Assembly: GCA_040390045.1 (NCBI GenBank)
Contig: JAZJZC010000001.1
Coordinates: 254,318-318,317 of the forward strand
Reading direction: 5' to 3'
Origin: Patescibacteria group bacterium
GTDB lineage: Bacteria > Patescibacteriota > Minisyncoccia > Phycocordibacterales > SIBU01
DNA: 64,000 nucleotides
Made by a program: the position numbers and the translations under genes. Within the stretch, counting starts at the first letter, position 1. Each line of letters starts with the position of its first letter. The notes below the pieces were generated by a model. That model saw nothing but the letters and a program-made list of their open reading frames with translations. It was not told where the DNA came from and searched no databases. This document shows, in pieces, positions 55,947 to 64,000 of the stretch.

Positions 55947-57825
55947 GATCGACTTTAAGCAAATCGCGCAATACACTTTCCGGAACCTCTTTGGTTTTCT
56001 TTTCTTTCTGTGGAGGAACTTCCTCAACTTTCTTAGGTTCAGCTACTTTTTCTTGCCGCGCGGCGGTAGGTTGAACGGAATTTTTTTCAGCAGCGCTTTT
56101 CTGTGGAACAACCTCAGCAGGAACTTCTTTAGCTTTCAGGAGCGATGAAAGCGCTTTTCGTAATTCATCAAGATTTTCTTTGCCAATCGTTTTTGGTTTC
56201 TTTTGCTGGTCACCAGCCTTTAATTGATTAAGGGAAATCGGCGACGGTGAATTTGAAACTGCAAGAGTCGGATTTTTTTTAGGTGTAGAAAATACTGGAG
56301 CTTGAGTGGTGGGAGTAACAGCCCGAACTGGTCGAGAGTCAATTTGTGGTTTAAGTATCGCGGGTTTGAGTTTCGGCATCAAAGCTAAAAGATCAGCCTT
56401 CAACTTCGAGCCTGAAGCTGAAATGGTAGGAAGCGCGACAGGCGCTGGAGTTGATGGTTTTTTCGCTGGTTCCTCTTTTTTAAGCTCAATTTTTTCCGCT
56501 GGCTTTTCAATCTTTTTCACAACCACGGGAACAATCGGCGCGTGCCATGTTTGAATTCCCTCCTCCACTTTTGCTCTCGGTGCTCCGAATTGAGCACGCG
56601 AAGAAGCGATGATGGCATCTTTATGGGATACGGCAGGTTTTTCAATCGGCGCCATGGTGGTTGCCGAAAATGGAGCCGAACCAACACTATCAATCATCAG
56701 TTTAAGATAAATTTGATACACTCCAAGATTCACCAAATCTTCCGCGGTAAATTGTGGCGCAAATTCCTTTTCGAGAACTTCAGCATCATAGGCTCCGACT
56801 CGAAACGTCACCATCGTTCCCACGTTTCCGAACACCGCCGCTCGCACTTCTTCTTCCATTTGTTCAATGTACTGGTGGGCAATAGTTAAATTTAATTTAT
56901 ATTTTCGAGCTTCGGATAAAATATCAGCAAAACTTTTGTTGGCAAATGATTGGAATTCGTCGACGTAGAGATAAAAATTCGGCAACTTGTTGAGTTCAAC
57001 TTCTGATGCATCAGCGCGCGACATCGCGGCCAAATAAATTTTGGTAATGAGCATGCTTCCCAAAAGATTGGCATTGCCTTCGCCAACTCTTCCTTTTGAA
57101 AGGTTGATGATCATGATTTTTTTCTCATCCATGATCTTTCGCATGTCGAAACTCGAGGTCGGTTGACCGACGATATTTCGAATCAAGGGATTTGAAGTAA
57201 ATTGCCCCACTTTATTTTGAATAGCGGGCGTGGCTTCTGCCGCATATTTGTCGGTATATTTTCCGAATTCATCTACCCAGAAAGAGCGTACCGACGGATC
57301 TTTGATATTGGCCACCACAAGTTTACGAAAATCTTTATCAGCCAACATTCGGTTGATACCAAGAAGCGTTGAACCCGGATACTCGAGAAGAGCCAAAAGC
57401 GTGTTGCTTAAAATGTACGCCATTCTGGCGCTCCAGGCGTCCACCCAAATTTTTTCAAAGGTCGACATGAGGCCGTTGACCACGAGATGCCTTTTGTCAG
57501 GACCAACATCTTCCATAACGTTGAACGAAATCGGATAGTCCATATCAAACGGGGCGAAATATAAAACATCTTTGATGCGATGTTCAGGAACATATTCCAA
57601 AAGTAGTTCGGCGGTTTTGCCGTGCGGATCGATGAAGGCAATTCCCTCACCATTTTGAATATCTTGAATCGCCATGTTTTCAAGCAAGGTTGATTTACCC
57701 ATACCGGTTTTCCCGATGACATAGGTGTGACGAGATCGATCCTTGCGCTTGATGCCAAAAGGAGTTCTTCTGTTACGCGAATCGGTTTGAGCGAAGTACG
57801 TGACTTTGTTATCGTCGGTGGACAT
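55930..57825 (-). CDS. TraG/VirD4-VirB4-like ATPase (T4SS DNA-binding domain) with low-complexity tail
   Basis: RHTYVIGKTGMGKSTLL, IDPHG, YVDEFQ, LSEARKY.L....AHQY. Confidence 0.9.
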   Translation of the reverse strand: MSTDDNKVTYFAQTDSRNRRTPFGIKRKDRSRHTYVIGKTGMGKSTLLENMAIQDIQNGEGIAFIDPHGKTAELLLEYVPEHRIKDVLYFAPFDMDYPISFNVMEDVGPDKRHLVVNGLMSTFEKIWVDAWSARMAYILSNTLLALLEYPGSTLLGINRMLADKDFRKLVVANIKDPSVRSFWVDEFGKYTDKYAAEATPAIQNKVGQFTSNPLIRNIVGQPTSSFDMRKIMDEKKIMIINLSKGRVGEGNANLLGSMLITKIYLAAMSRADASEVELNKLPNFYLYVDEFQSFANKSFADILSEARKYKLNLTIAHQYIEQMEEEVRAAVFGNVGTMVTFRVGAYDAEVLEKEFAPQFTAEDLVNLGVYQIYLKLMIDSVGSAPFSATTMAPIEKPAVSHKDAIIASSRAQFGAPRAKVEEGIQTWHAPIVPVVVKKIEKPAEKIELKKEEPAKKPSTPAPVALPTISASGSKLKADLLALMPKLKPAILKPQIDSRPVRAVTPTTQAPVFSTPKKNPTLAVSNSPSPISLNQLKAGDQQKKPKTIGKENLDELRKALSSLLKAKEVPAEVVPQKSAAEKNSVQPTAARQEKVAEPKKVEEVPPQKEKKTKEVPESVLRDLLKVDHDERS

Positions 57826-57861
57826 TTGACCATATTATAGTATGTATTCTAATAATAGACC

Positions 57862-57896
57862 AAGCCCCCGCTCCGCCTTTGGCGGAGCGGGGGCTT
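57862..57896. repeat. GC-rich palindrome (REP-like, ccgcctttggcgg core)
   Basis: aagcccccgctccgcc ttt ggcggagcgggggctt. Confidence 0.7.
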
Positions 57897-57945
57897 ATTT
57901 TTACAAAAGAAAAACCTCCGGCCGAAACCGAAGGTTGAGAGAGAT

Positions 57946-58380
57946 TCAGGCGATTGCCATTGAGGCCACGAAGAGGTCGTGCCGGAATTTTGGGCAAAGC
58001 CATAGTGGCCGAAGTTTTTCAACCAACTCCGAAAAACCAATCTGTGAAAAAACCTGCCGGCATGCTTGCAGGAAATCTGCAAAAACCGCAAAAGCCGACT
58101 TCGCAGCAAGTTTGACAACCTGTGCCGCAACACAAATGTGTTCGAATTCGACTTCACCCAACACAAGCCAGGCACGTACCATGCTCCGAAGCTCCGAGCC
58201 ACATTCTTGCATTTGCCCACGGCCATAGGCGGCTGCGACCCTTGCGGCCCTTTTCGGTTTCATTTTGGGAAATGCGTCAGCCAGTATTGACTGGTCAGCA
58301 ACATCAATTTCCGTTCGGCGCGCAAAAGCCGAAATTGCTTCAATCTGGAGCGTGGTGTAACCTGAATTTTTAGTTTTCAC
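57946..58380 (-). CDS. Hypothetical protein (orphan cassette; start uncertain)
   Basis: Near-consensus TTGACA-17-TATACT at 58487-58459; terminator at 57908-57936. Confidence 0.5.
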   Translation of the reverse strand: MKTKNSGYTTLQIEAISAFARRTEIDVADQSILADAFPKMKPKRAARVAAAYGRGQMQECGSELRSMVRAWLVLGEVEFEHICVAAQVVKLAAKSAFAVFADFLQACRQVFSQIGFSELVEKLRPLWLCPKFRHDLFVASMAIA

Positions 58381-58580
58381 CTGAATACTTATTTTGATTT
58401 GGAGATCGATACCGATGAGAAGAACTGATTGTTCAACACACCGAGCATCTGGATAAATAGTATATAAAATGAAAAGTTGTTTGTCAACAACAGGCAATGT
58501 TTTAATTATCCTGTCAAAAAAATTAATTTAAAAAAAATAGCCCGATCCTGTGGTGGATCGGGCTGATTAGCAAACACGGC

Positions 58581-58853
58581 TCAAGCCGCGACACCGCGAG
58601 CGAGATTGCCTCGCCCGCCAAACAGGAACGCCTGCCGTGCGGCAAACTCCGCGTCCGTTCCCGCCCACATGGCAACTCCCGGATCAACCGAGTCGAGAAC
58701 TCTGAGTCCCGCGCGCCTGAGAAGGCCGATTGGGATTTTGGTTCTCTCCTCTATTGGCAAACTCAGAACGTGGGCGCGGATCAGGTGACCGTTGCCGTTG
58801 CGGTGACTGTGGGCGCCTCCATTGATGATGGCCGGCAGAACTAATGCTGACAT
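58581..58853 (-). CDS. Hypothetical small protein (orphan cassette)
   Basis: TTGACA-17-TATTGT upstream; hairpin plus T-run at 58530-58565. Confidence 0.55.
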   Translation of the reverse strand: MSALVLPAIINGGAHSHRNGNGHLIRAHVLSLPIEERTKIPIGLLRRAGLRVLDSVDPGVAMWAGTDAEFAARQAFLFGGRGNLARGVAA

Positions 58854-58949
58854 AATTACTGCTTTGTGATTACTTACTACGTAAACTGGGGGGCTGGGAA
58901 AAACAATACTCCTCGAGTACTTATGTGTCAACGAAAACCTGTGTCTAAC

Positions 58950-60260
58950 TTATTGATTGACACTCACCGCGTCGGCGACTTTAAGCGCCGCGACAGTGTA
59001 ATGGTTTGAAGCATTCCACAACATCCAAGAATTTAAACCAGAATCGTACGTTGCTTGAATTTGTTTATCCACCATCTCTGCCGTATAGGTCGCGCCTAAA
59101 TTAAAATCTTGAAGCCACGGTCTAATTTTTAATTGAGAAAATTCTTCCTTAGGATACAGTTTCGGACTGGTAGAAGCAATGGCCGCCGATCCGTCAAAAG
59201 AAATTTTTGTCGTCGTTGCAATTGATCGCCTCACTGCCGCATCCATGGAAAACTTCACCACTTCGTACGGTTTATCAGCCGGATTTTTAAAACCCATAAA
59301 GGTTGGCGGATAGTGGGATGGATAGACCATCGGGGCAACATAATCAAAATATGGCAGAGCATTTTCAAGCACTTGGCCGATTCCTAAATCATCTGTATTG
59401 GTGGTAGTCATACCAAAAAGATCGGCAGATAAAACAGCGCCCATCGGTTTCAGGTGAGTGTTAAGATAGGCAAAGAAATCTCTCAAGACCGTTGGTTTAG
59501 AATTTTTGCCACTGTACGGATACGCGATATCTTTCATGTTTCCATCAGATGGAAATCGAATATAATCAAAGTTCAATTCATCAAAACCAGCTTTGTAGGA
59601 TTCGGCGCCAATGGCTGTAATATATTTCCACTCCTCTTTTGATCCCGGATCAATCCAGCTAATACCTTTGTAATCTTTCCAAACTGCACCGTCACTTTCT
59701 CGCTTGACTGCAAGTGTCGGTTTCAATTTTACCAAATAGGCATCCTGAAATGTTGAAATTCGGCCGATGACATAAATCCCCCGCCTGTGGAGATCGGCAA
59801 TAAATTCTCGGGCGTCGGGAATACGATTTTCAAACGCGCCAATTTCTTTGAGGTATGGATCATCGGGACTGAATGCAATTCGTCCACTATAATCTTTAAT
59901 GTCGATCACCACAGAATTGATTTCGGTGGTGTCGATAATATTGACGAGCTTACTTCGCAAATCTTTTGATCCGGCAACCCAGCTGGTCATGTAAATCGCT
60001 TTCACCGAGGAAGGTGTGGGTACGTGTGTTGCAACAAACTCTGCCTTTGGATCTTTAGCAGTAGCAATGATTGAAGTGGAAGTAGCGACAGGTCGAGTCA
60101 CATTCAATCCAACACTTGTTGATAAATAACTTGGCAAAATAAAATAACACAAAACGAAAACGGCGAGCACAAGAATTGCAAAGACAAAAAACCACGCGGC
60201 GCGCGCTCGAGAAATTCCCATCTTCTTGCCTGCAATTTTAAACTGTCGGGCTCTGTTCAT
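58950..60260 (-). CDS. Putative glycoside hydrolase (DUF4015), N-terminal membrane anchor
   Basis: KAIYMT, NSVVIDIKD, GFDELNFDYIRFP, SADLFG, PMVYPSHY, RPWLQDF, WMLWN. Confidence 0.9.
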   Translation of the reverse strand: MNRARQFKIAGKKMGISRARAAWFFVFAILVLAVFVLCYFILPSYLSTSVGLNVTRPVATSTSIIATAKDPKAEFVATHVPTPSSVKAIYMTSWVAGSKDLRSKLVNIIDTTEINSVVIDIKDYSGRIAFSPDDPYLKEIGAFENRIPDAREFIADLHRRGIYVIGRISTFQDAYLVKLKPTLAVKRESDGAVWKDYKGISWIDPGSKEEWKYITAIGAESYKAGFDELNFDYIRFPSDGNMKDIAYPYSGKNSKPTVLRDFFAYLNTHLKPMGAVLSADLFGMTTTNTDDLGIGQVLENALPYFDYVAPMVYPSHYPPTFMGFKNPADKPYEVVKFSMDAAVRRSIATTTKISFDGSAAIASTSPKLYPKEEFSQLKIRPWLQDFNLGATYTAEMVDKQIQATYDSGLNSWMLWNASNHYTVAALKVADAVSVNQ

Positions 60261-60516
60261 TGGAATTACTTACAAATACTTCGGGTTGTTTTATTTCTAC
60301 TACTGGTTCAGGCGCTGTTGCCACAACGTGAATTTTTTTAGAAGTTCGTTTGTGCTTAACACTGGTAGCTCTCACCGATCTCATAGAAAAAGACATGGCG
60401 AGTAACCACAAACCTAGGGCGAGCAGGAAAAAACTTTTCCATGCGGAAGGAAATCCTAGGGCTGGCAGTACAATCAGAAAAATTCCGATGCCTAATACTG
60501 AATTAATGTATCGCAT
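60238..60516 (-). CDS. Small two-TM membrane protein
   Basis: LP.LGFP..WK; TATAAT 6 nt before ATG. Confidence 0.7.
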   Translation of the reverse strand: MRYINSVLGIGIFLIVLPALGFPSAWKSFFLLALGLWLLAMSFSMRSVRATSVKHKRTSKKIHVVATAPEPVVEIKQPEVFVSNSNEQSPTV

Positions 60517-60630
60517 AAAAAGATTATACAGGATGCTCTTGAAAAAAAGAAATTATTAGTCATGTGTACAAAATGCTATAATGACACCAGCGTAGAAATT
60601 TGAAACTTCACCCAAGAAAGGCGGGTGCAT

Positions 60631-61221
60631 ATGAAAATTATAAAACTTTTCGATCCGTGGAAACTAGCAACCTACAGGGCGCGCGATCATGCTGATCATC
60701 TTGAAAGACGGCTTCAAAAATTTTGTCTCCTAAGTACACCAGAAGACGTTGTTGCTAAAGGAGAAAAGTGGGGTAATGGCCAGATACTGACAACTCGAGA
60801 CGGCGGTACTCAGATTTGGCGAGGACAAATAAATAGCGCGTGGTTCGAGCAAATTCCCCAACCAAAATGGATAACACCGACCGGAGACGGAGTACTCATA
60901 GAACTTAAGCTCACCTGGTTTGCTCGGAGAATACCGATCTCTCTTACCTTAGGAAAACGAGAAAAACCAAAGATACTTTGGGTGCGAGATTCACAGAGTC
61001 TCCCATATTCCTTAAAAATTACGATCGCAAGTTTTTACCAGAATAAGGGAGGAAAAGCCTTACTCTCCAGAAACTTTTTTCCCAGACGATTGTTCTTCAC
61101 TACCACTGATGGCGAACAGGGATTTTTTACGAGAGACAACGATCCGGAAAATTTAATACTCCGAGACCACGGTCTGCATGACCCTACTACCGCCAAGCCG
61201 CCTAAGAAAAAGAAAAGTTAG
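60631..61221 (+). CDS. Hypothetical protein (orphan cassette)
   Basis: TGcTATAAT upstream, AAAGGCGG SD-like, terminator at 61223-61255. Confidence 0.6.
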   Translation: MKIIKLFDPWKLATYRARDHADHLERRLQKFCLLSTPEDVVAKGEKWGNGQILTTRDGGTQIWRGQINSAWFEQIPQPKWITPTGDGVLIELKLTWFARRIPISLTLGKREKPKILWVRDSQSLPYSLKITIASFYQNKGGKALLSRNFFPRRLFFTTTDGEQGFFTRDNDPENLILRDHGLHDPTTAKPPKKKKS

Positions 61222-61269
61222 TATACTGGTATCTCTTTGATACCAGTATTTTTTTGATATACTCAAAGT

Positions 61270-61608
61270 ATGACAACATCACTTGAACAAAAACATTGCC
61301 GAGCCTGCGAGCTCGGTGAAGGAAAACTAAATCACGCTGACATCGAAGCTTTTATGACCCACACGCCACAATGGACTGTGGTAAAAGATCACGAGATTTT
61401 TCGCGACTTTAAATTTAAAAACTTTGCTGAAGCGCTCGCCTTTGTAAATAAAGTTGGTGCGCTCGCCGAATCCGAAGGTCATCATCCGGATGTCTCGTTC
61501 GGTTGGGGCTACGTCAAAATTACCCTCTCAACTCATGCGGTAGATGGACTCTCAGAAAATGATTTTATTCTCGCGGTGAAAATAGATACACTAGAAAATA
61601 GTCGGTAG
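61270..61608 (+). CDS. phhB: Pterin-4-alpha-carbinolamine dehydratase
   Basis: C.AC, FKNF.EA..FVNKV...AE.EGHHPD, THAV.GLSENDFILA.KID. Confidence 0.95.
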   Translation: MTTSLEQKHCRACELGEGKLNHADIEAFMTHTPQWTVVKDHEIFRDFKFKNFAEALAFVNKVGALAESEGHHPDVSFGWGYVKITLSTHAVDGLSENDFILAVKIDTLENSR

Positions 61609-61673
61609 TAAGTAGACATGTAGAAAAACAAAAGAAAAACTTCTGACAAAATGACTGTCAGAAGTTTGAAAAT

Positions 61674-62222
61674 TTAGCAAAAGCCCTTAGACGATTCTCT
61701 CACCGGCTCAGTCGCATCAAAAAACACTCTGTCTCCGGTCACGCCACCATCCTGATGCCGAGGCTGGTGTTGAGAAATACGGTTGGCGCCAAGATGCCAG
61801 CCGCCACCTTCCTGCTCGGCGCGGATTGCCCAATCAGTGCCCTTAAGATGGAAAATATTCTCCGCATGTTCGTGAACAACCAGGAACCGATCGATCGTGG
61901 GATCGGGAACCTCACCAGATGGTTGAAGCGCCAGTAACCCAAAGATATGGGCGAGCGGCACTGTGCGAGTTCCCCTTCCCAAAGCGGCAGATATCTCGTC
62001 GTTAGTTGCCCGATCGAGAAGTTTCCCGGCCTTAATTCTCATTGCCGGAACATTTTCCTCAACATAGTCACGAATCAAAACTTTAAAGTTCTGACCGAAA
62101 AGGGCGAATCGAACACTCCTTACAGAATGTTCTTCCTGAAACCCCTCCCGCGCTAAGAAATACGGAACCCGCGGTAATGTAACTGCACCAATGATCTCTA
62201 TCAGATTTGTGGGATAGTTCAT
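61674..62222 (-). CDS. Hypothetical protein, CLec/DGR-target-like (orphan cassette)
   Basis: GQNFK..., LAHIF.LL..QP.GE, ENIF, GGGWHLGAN...GDRVF; TTGACA-17-TAAGGT from 62298. Confidence 0.6.
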   Translation of the reverse strand: MNYPTNLIEIIGAVTLPRVPYFLAREGFQEEHSVRSVRFALFGQNFKVLIRDYVEENVPAMRIKAGKLLDRATNDEISAALGRGTRTVPLAHIFGLLALQPSGEVPDPTIDRFLVVHEHAENIFHLKGTDWAIRAEQEGGGWHLGANRISQHQPRHQDGGVTGDRVFFDATEPVRESSKGFC

Positions 62223-62322
62223 AACTCAACTTTCTGTCTTTGGCCTTTAGTGGCCGTTTTCTACCGGAAACCTTATCCATAAGTCGCCCCCCTGTCAAAT
62301 ATAAAAATAAAAAGCACCACTA

Positions 62323-62760
62323 CTATAGGGTGCTTGCTTGAGCGCTGATTTCGATACTGTAACGCTCCTTTAAAATTTGCGTAAATCGGTCGACGTCGCC
62401 GGAGCATTCGCCATCGAGAATGGTTGTCATGTAGACTCGGTGATCGAGAGTCAAAACACTTCCCAGACACCAGATCCAGAAAATATTTTTGGCTAAAGCC
62501 GGCGTCGGTATCGCACGCGGATAACAAACAAAGTATGTGCCGGAACGTGGCGACTGACGAGTGTACAAACGTTGCAGAGTAGTTTCATCGTTTGGCCGAA
62601 CCAACTCAATTTCGTAGTGATTGCCTACTGGCACCTGACCGAAGTGGTCGTAAAATTCCTCCGCTTCAAGAAAAAAGTGCGCGGGAGAGGTGGAGAGATG
62701 GCAACGGGCTTGAAACACATGGGTCACAAGGCCAGAGTGCACTGCGATTTCGATATTCAT
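62323..62760 (-). CDS. Hypothetical protein (orphan cassette)
   Basis: ORF with FVCYP, W.LGSV; promoter-like TGGCCA-17-TAGTTT. Confidence 0.6.
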   Translation of the reverse strand: MNIEIAVHSGLVTHVFQARCHLSTSPAHFFLEAEEFYDHFGQVPVGNHYEIELVRPNDETTLQRLYTRQSPRSGTYFVCYPRAIPTPALAKNIFWIWCLGSVLTLDHRVYMTTILDGECSGDVDRFTQILKERYSIEISAQASTL

Positions 62761-62847
62761 GGTAAAGAAAGAACAGGAATTTTCTAGCGACAAACTAACA
62801 CAAACAGAAAATTTTGGCCACCTTTGTTCAACCTTTCTTTTGTGTAG

Positions 62848-63525
62848 TTATGGATGAACAATCACCACAAACTCCCCTCTCACTTTTTCAGCGTTGCTTG
62901 TAAAAAATTCCAGAAGTTCAGCTGGCGTTCCCATTTTCACTTCTTCGTGAATTTTAGTGAGTTCGCGACAAATCGTCACTTTTTTACTTGGCGCGAATTT
63001 AATTAAAGATTCAAAAGTTTTCAAAATCCGATGGGGAGATTCATAAAAAACCATGGCTCGTTCGGAAGCGGCAATTTCCTTAAAGAGCGTTTCCCTTCCC
63101 TTTTTGTGTGGTAAAAATCCAAGAAAAGTAAAGTCAGCTACTGGCACGCCGGCAATGGAAAACGCAGTGGTAAGTGCTGATGGCCCTGGCACTGATTCAA
63201 TTTTCGCCTCGGGCATGGCTACGCGAATTTGCTTGACTAGGTACGAACCTGGGTCAGAAATCCCCGGCGTTCCCGCGTCGGTCACCAAGGCTAAATTTTT
63301 CCCTTCGGAAAGAAGTTGCACAATTTTCTCAACTTTAATGCCACTGCGTTCTTCGTTGTAGGTCAGCAAATGTTTGTCCAAAATTTCATGCCGATCAAGC
63401 ACGCGCTTGGTCATTCGCGTATCCTCGCACAAAATCACATCGACTTCCTTGAGCACTCGAAGCGCCCGAAGCGTGATGTCTTCTAGGTTACCGATTGGTG
63501 TTGCCACTATATATAAAATTCCCAT
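62848..63525 (-). CDS. rsmI: 16S rRNA (cytidine-1402-2'-O)-methyltransferase
   Basis: LYIVATPIGNLEDITLRA, CEDTR, DAGTPGISDPG, YESPHR, RELTK.HEE, GEFV. Confidence 0.97.
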   Translation of the reverse strand: MGILYIVATPIGNLEDITLRALRVLKEVDVILCEDTRMTKRVLDRHEILDKHLLTYNEERSGIKVEKIVQLLSEGKNLALVTDAGTPGISDPGSYLVKQIRVAMPEAKIESVPGPSALTTAFSIAGVPVADFTFLGFLPHKKGRETLFKEIAASERAMVFYESPHRILKTFESLIKFAPSKKVTICRELTKIHEEVKMGTPAELLEFFTSNAEKVRGEFVVIVHP

Positions 63526-63559
63526 AATTATTTTAATATTCTTCCGCCTTATAAACTCA

Positions 63560-63847
63560 TTATTCTAATGTTCTCAAGAACTTCAGAACATTCTCTGCTC
63601 GTGATGTAAGTTTATGACGAACCGAAACACTATCCGACTTCTTGAGCACAAGACCAGCAATGGCAAGGCGTCGTAAATGATCTGAGGCTGTCTTATAGTT
63701 TAGTTTAAGTAATTCGGTAACTTCATCAACAGACATTTCTGGTGTTTTCTTTAAAACTTCGAGAATTTGAATTCGCCGATGATTTGCAAATCCACGAACC
63801 AGCCGCTCAAGTGTTCTGTAATTTTTTTGTTTCTCCTTCTTTTCCAT
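63560..63847 (-). CDS. ArsR-like winged-HTH protein
   Basis: FANHRRIQILEVL....SV.E......Y.TAS.HL.RL..AGLV. Confidence 0.85.
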   Translation of the reverse strand: MEKKEKQKNYRTLERLVRGFANHRRIQILEVLKKTPEMSVDEVTELLKLNYKTASDHLRRLAIAGLVLKKSDSVSVRHKLTSRAENVLKFLRTLE

Positions 63848-63893
63848 TCGATTGTAGTTTTTATATTCTAATGTTCTCAAGAATATCAGAATA
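63561..63893. repeat. Pair of 30-bp palindromic direct repeats bracketing the HTH gene (63561-63590; 63864-63893)
   Basis: tattctaatgttctcaagaa identical over 20 bp in both copies, followed by cttcagaaca or tatcagaata. Confidence 0.85.
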
Positions 63894-63910
63894 TACTACT
63901 ACATTCAACT

Positions 63911-64000
63911 TTATAAACCTTTAACTAATTCCCCTCCTATCTTGTAAATATCTCCGGCTCCGACTGTAATAACCACATCATCAGCTCTAGCACTCTTTTT
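63911..64000 (-). CDS. murC: C-terminus of UDP-N-acetylmuramate--L-alanine ligase (partial)
   Basis: ...DDVVITVGAGDIYKIG... read manually on the minus strand. Confidence 0.75.
   Translation of the reverse strand, partial: KKSARADDVVITVGAGDIYKIGGELVKGL

Noticed and set aside
55930-57825. Conjugative element / ICE
   Set aside because: A lone ATPase without relaxase, VirB genes or integrase; such ATPases are common chromosomal genes in CPR.
38870-62222. Complete DGR
   Set aside because: No reverse transcriptase, avd or TR/VR pair found in the window; only target-like genes.
25450-62800. Shared TAGAAA motif in several cassette leaders
   Set aside because: Short, AT-rich and absent from several cassettes; cannot be distinguished from background without statistics.
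1-64000. CRISPR array, tRNA or rRNA genes
   Set aside because: No regularly spaced repeats with unique spacers and no recognisable tRNA/rRNA sequence seen by eye (tRNAscan not run).
1-64000. Alternative genetic code (TGA=Gly, Gracilibacteria type)
   Set aside because: Long ORFs are complete under code 11 and TGA ends genes at expected positions (e.g. 17749, 43540).

Overview
The window is a 64-kb stretch of a bacterial chromosome using genetic code 11. It is most consistent with Patescibacteria/CPR (Parcubacteria-like); this is inferred from leaderless-type starts, the stand-alone TraG/VirB4-like ATPase next to a lamin-tail gene, and the palindromic repeats. About 55 kb is a very large surface-glycan locus: fcl, wzm/wzt, GT10/GT11 fucosyltransferases, neuA/neuB with a Maf-like transferase, rmlB/A/D, three NDP-sugar C-methyltransferases, a carbamoyltransferase, many GT2/GT4/GT-C enzymes, GtrA and Ugd. 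Housekeeping genes follow (phhB, rsmI, end of murC). Three layers are not explained by that annotation. (1) Eight 7-bp-period tandem arrays are written in frame into three GT4 genes. The same arrays recur at non-homologous sites, and one pair forms a 31-bp inverted repeat inside a single gene. (2) About 14 solitary, self-expressed orphan cassettes, most with their own -35/-10 promoter, long leader and terminator, are interleaved among apparently leaderless core genes. They include a divergent LpxC-like deacetylase, three DUF218-like proteins, two HN-type HD proteins and two DGR-target-like proteins. (3) Several families of miniature inverted-repeat elements have no transposase; they supply start or stop codons or bracket single genes. 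No rRNA, tRNA, CRISPR array, integrase, transposase or reverse transcriptase was recognised.
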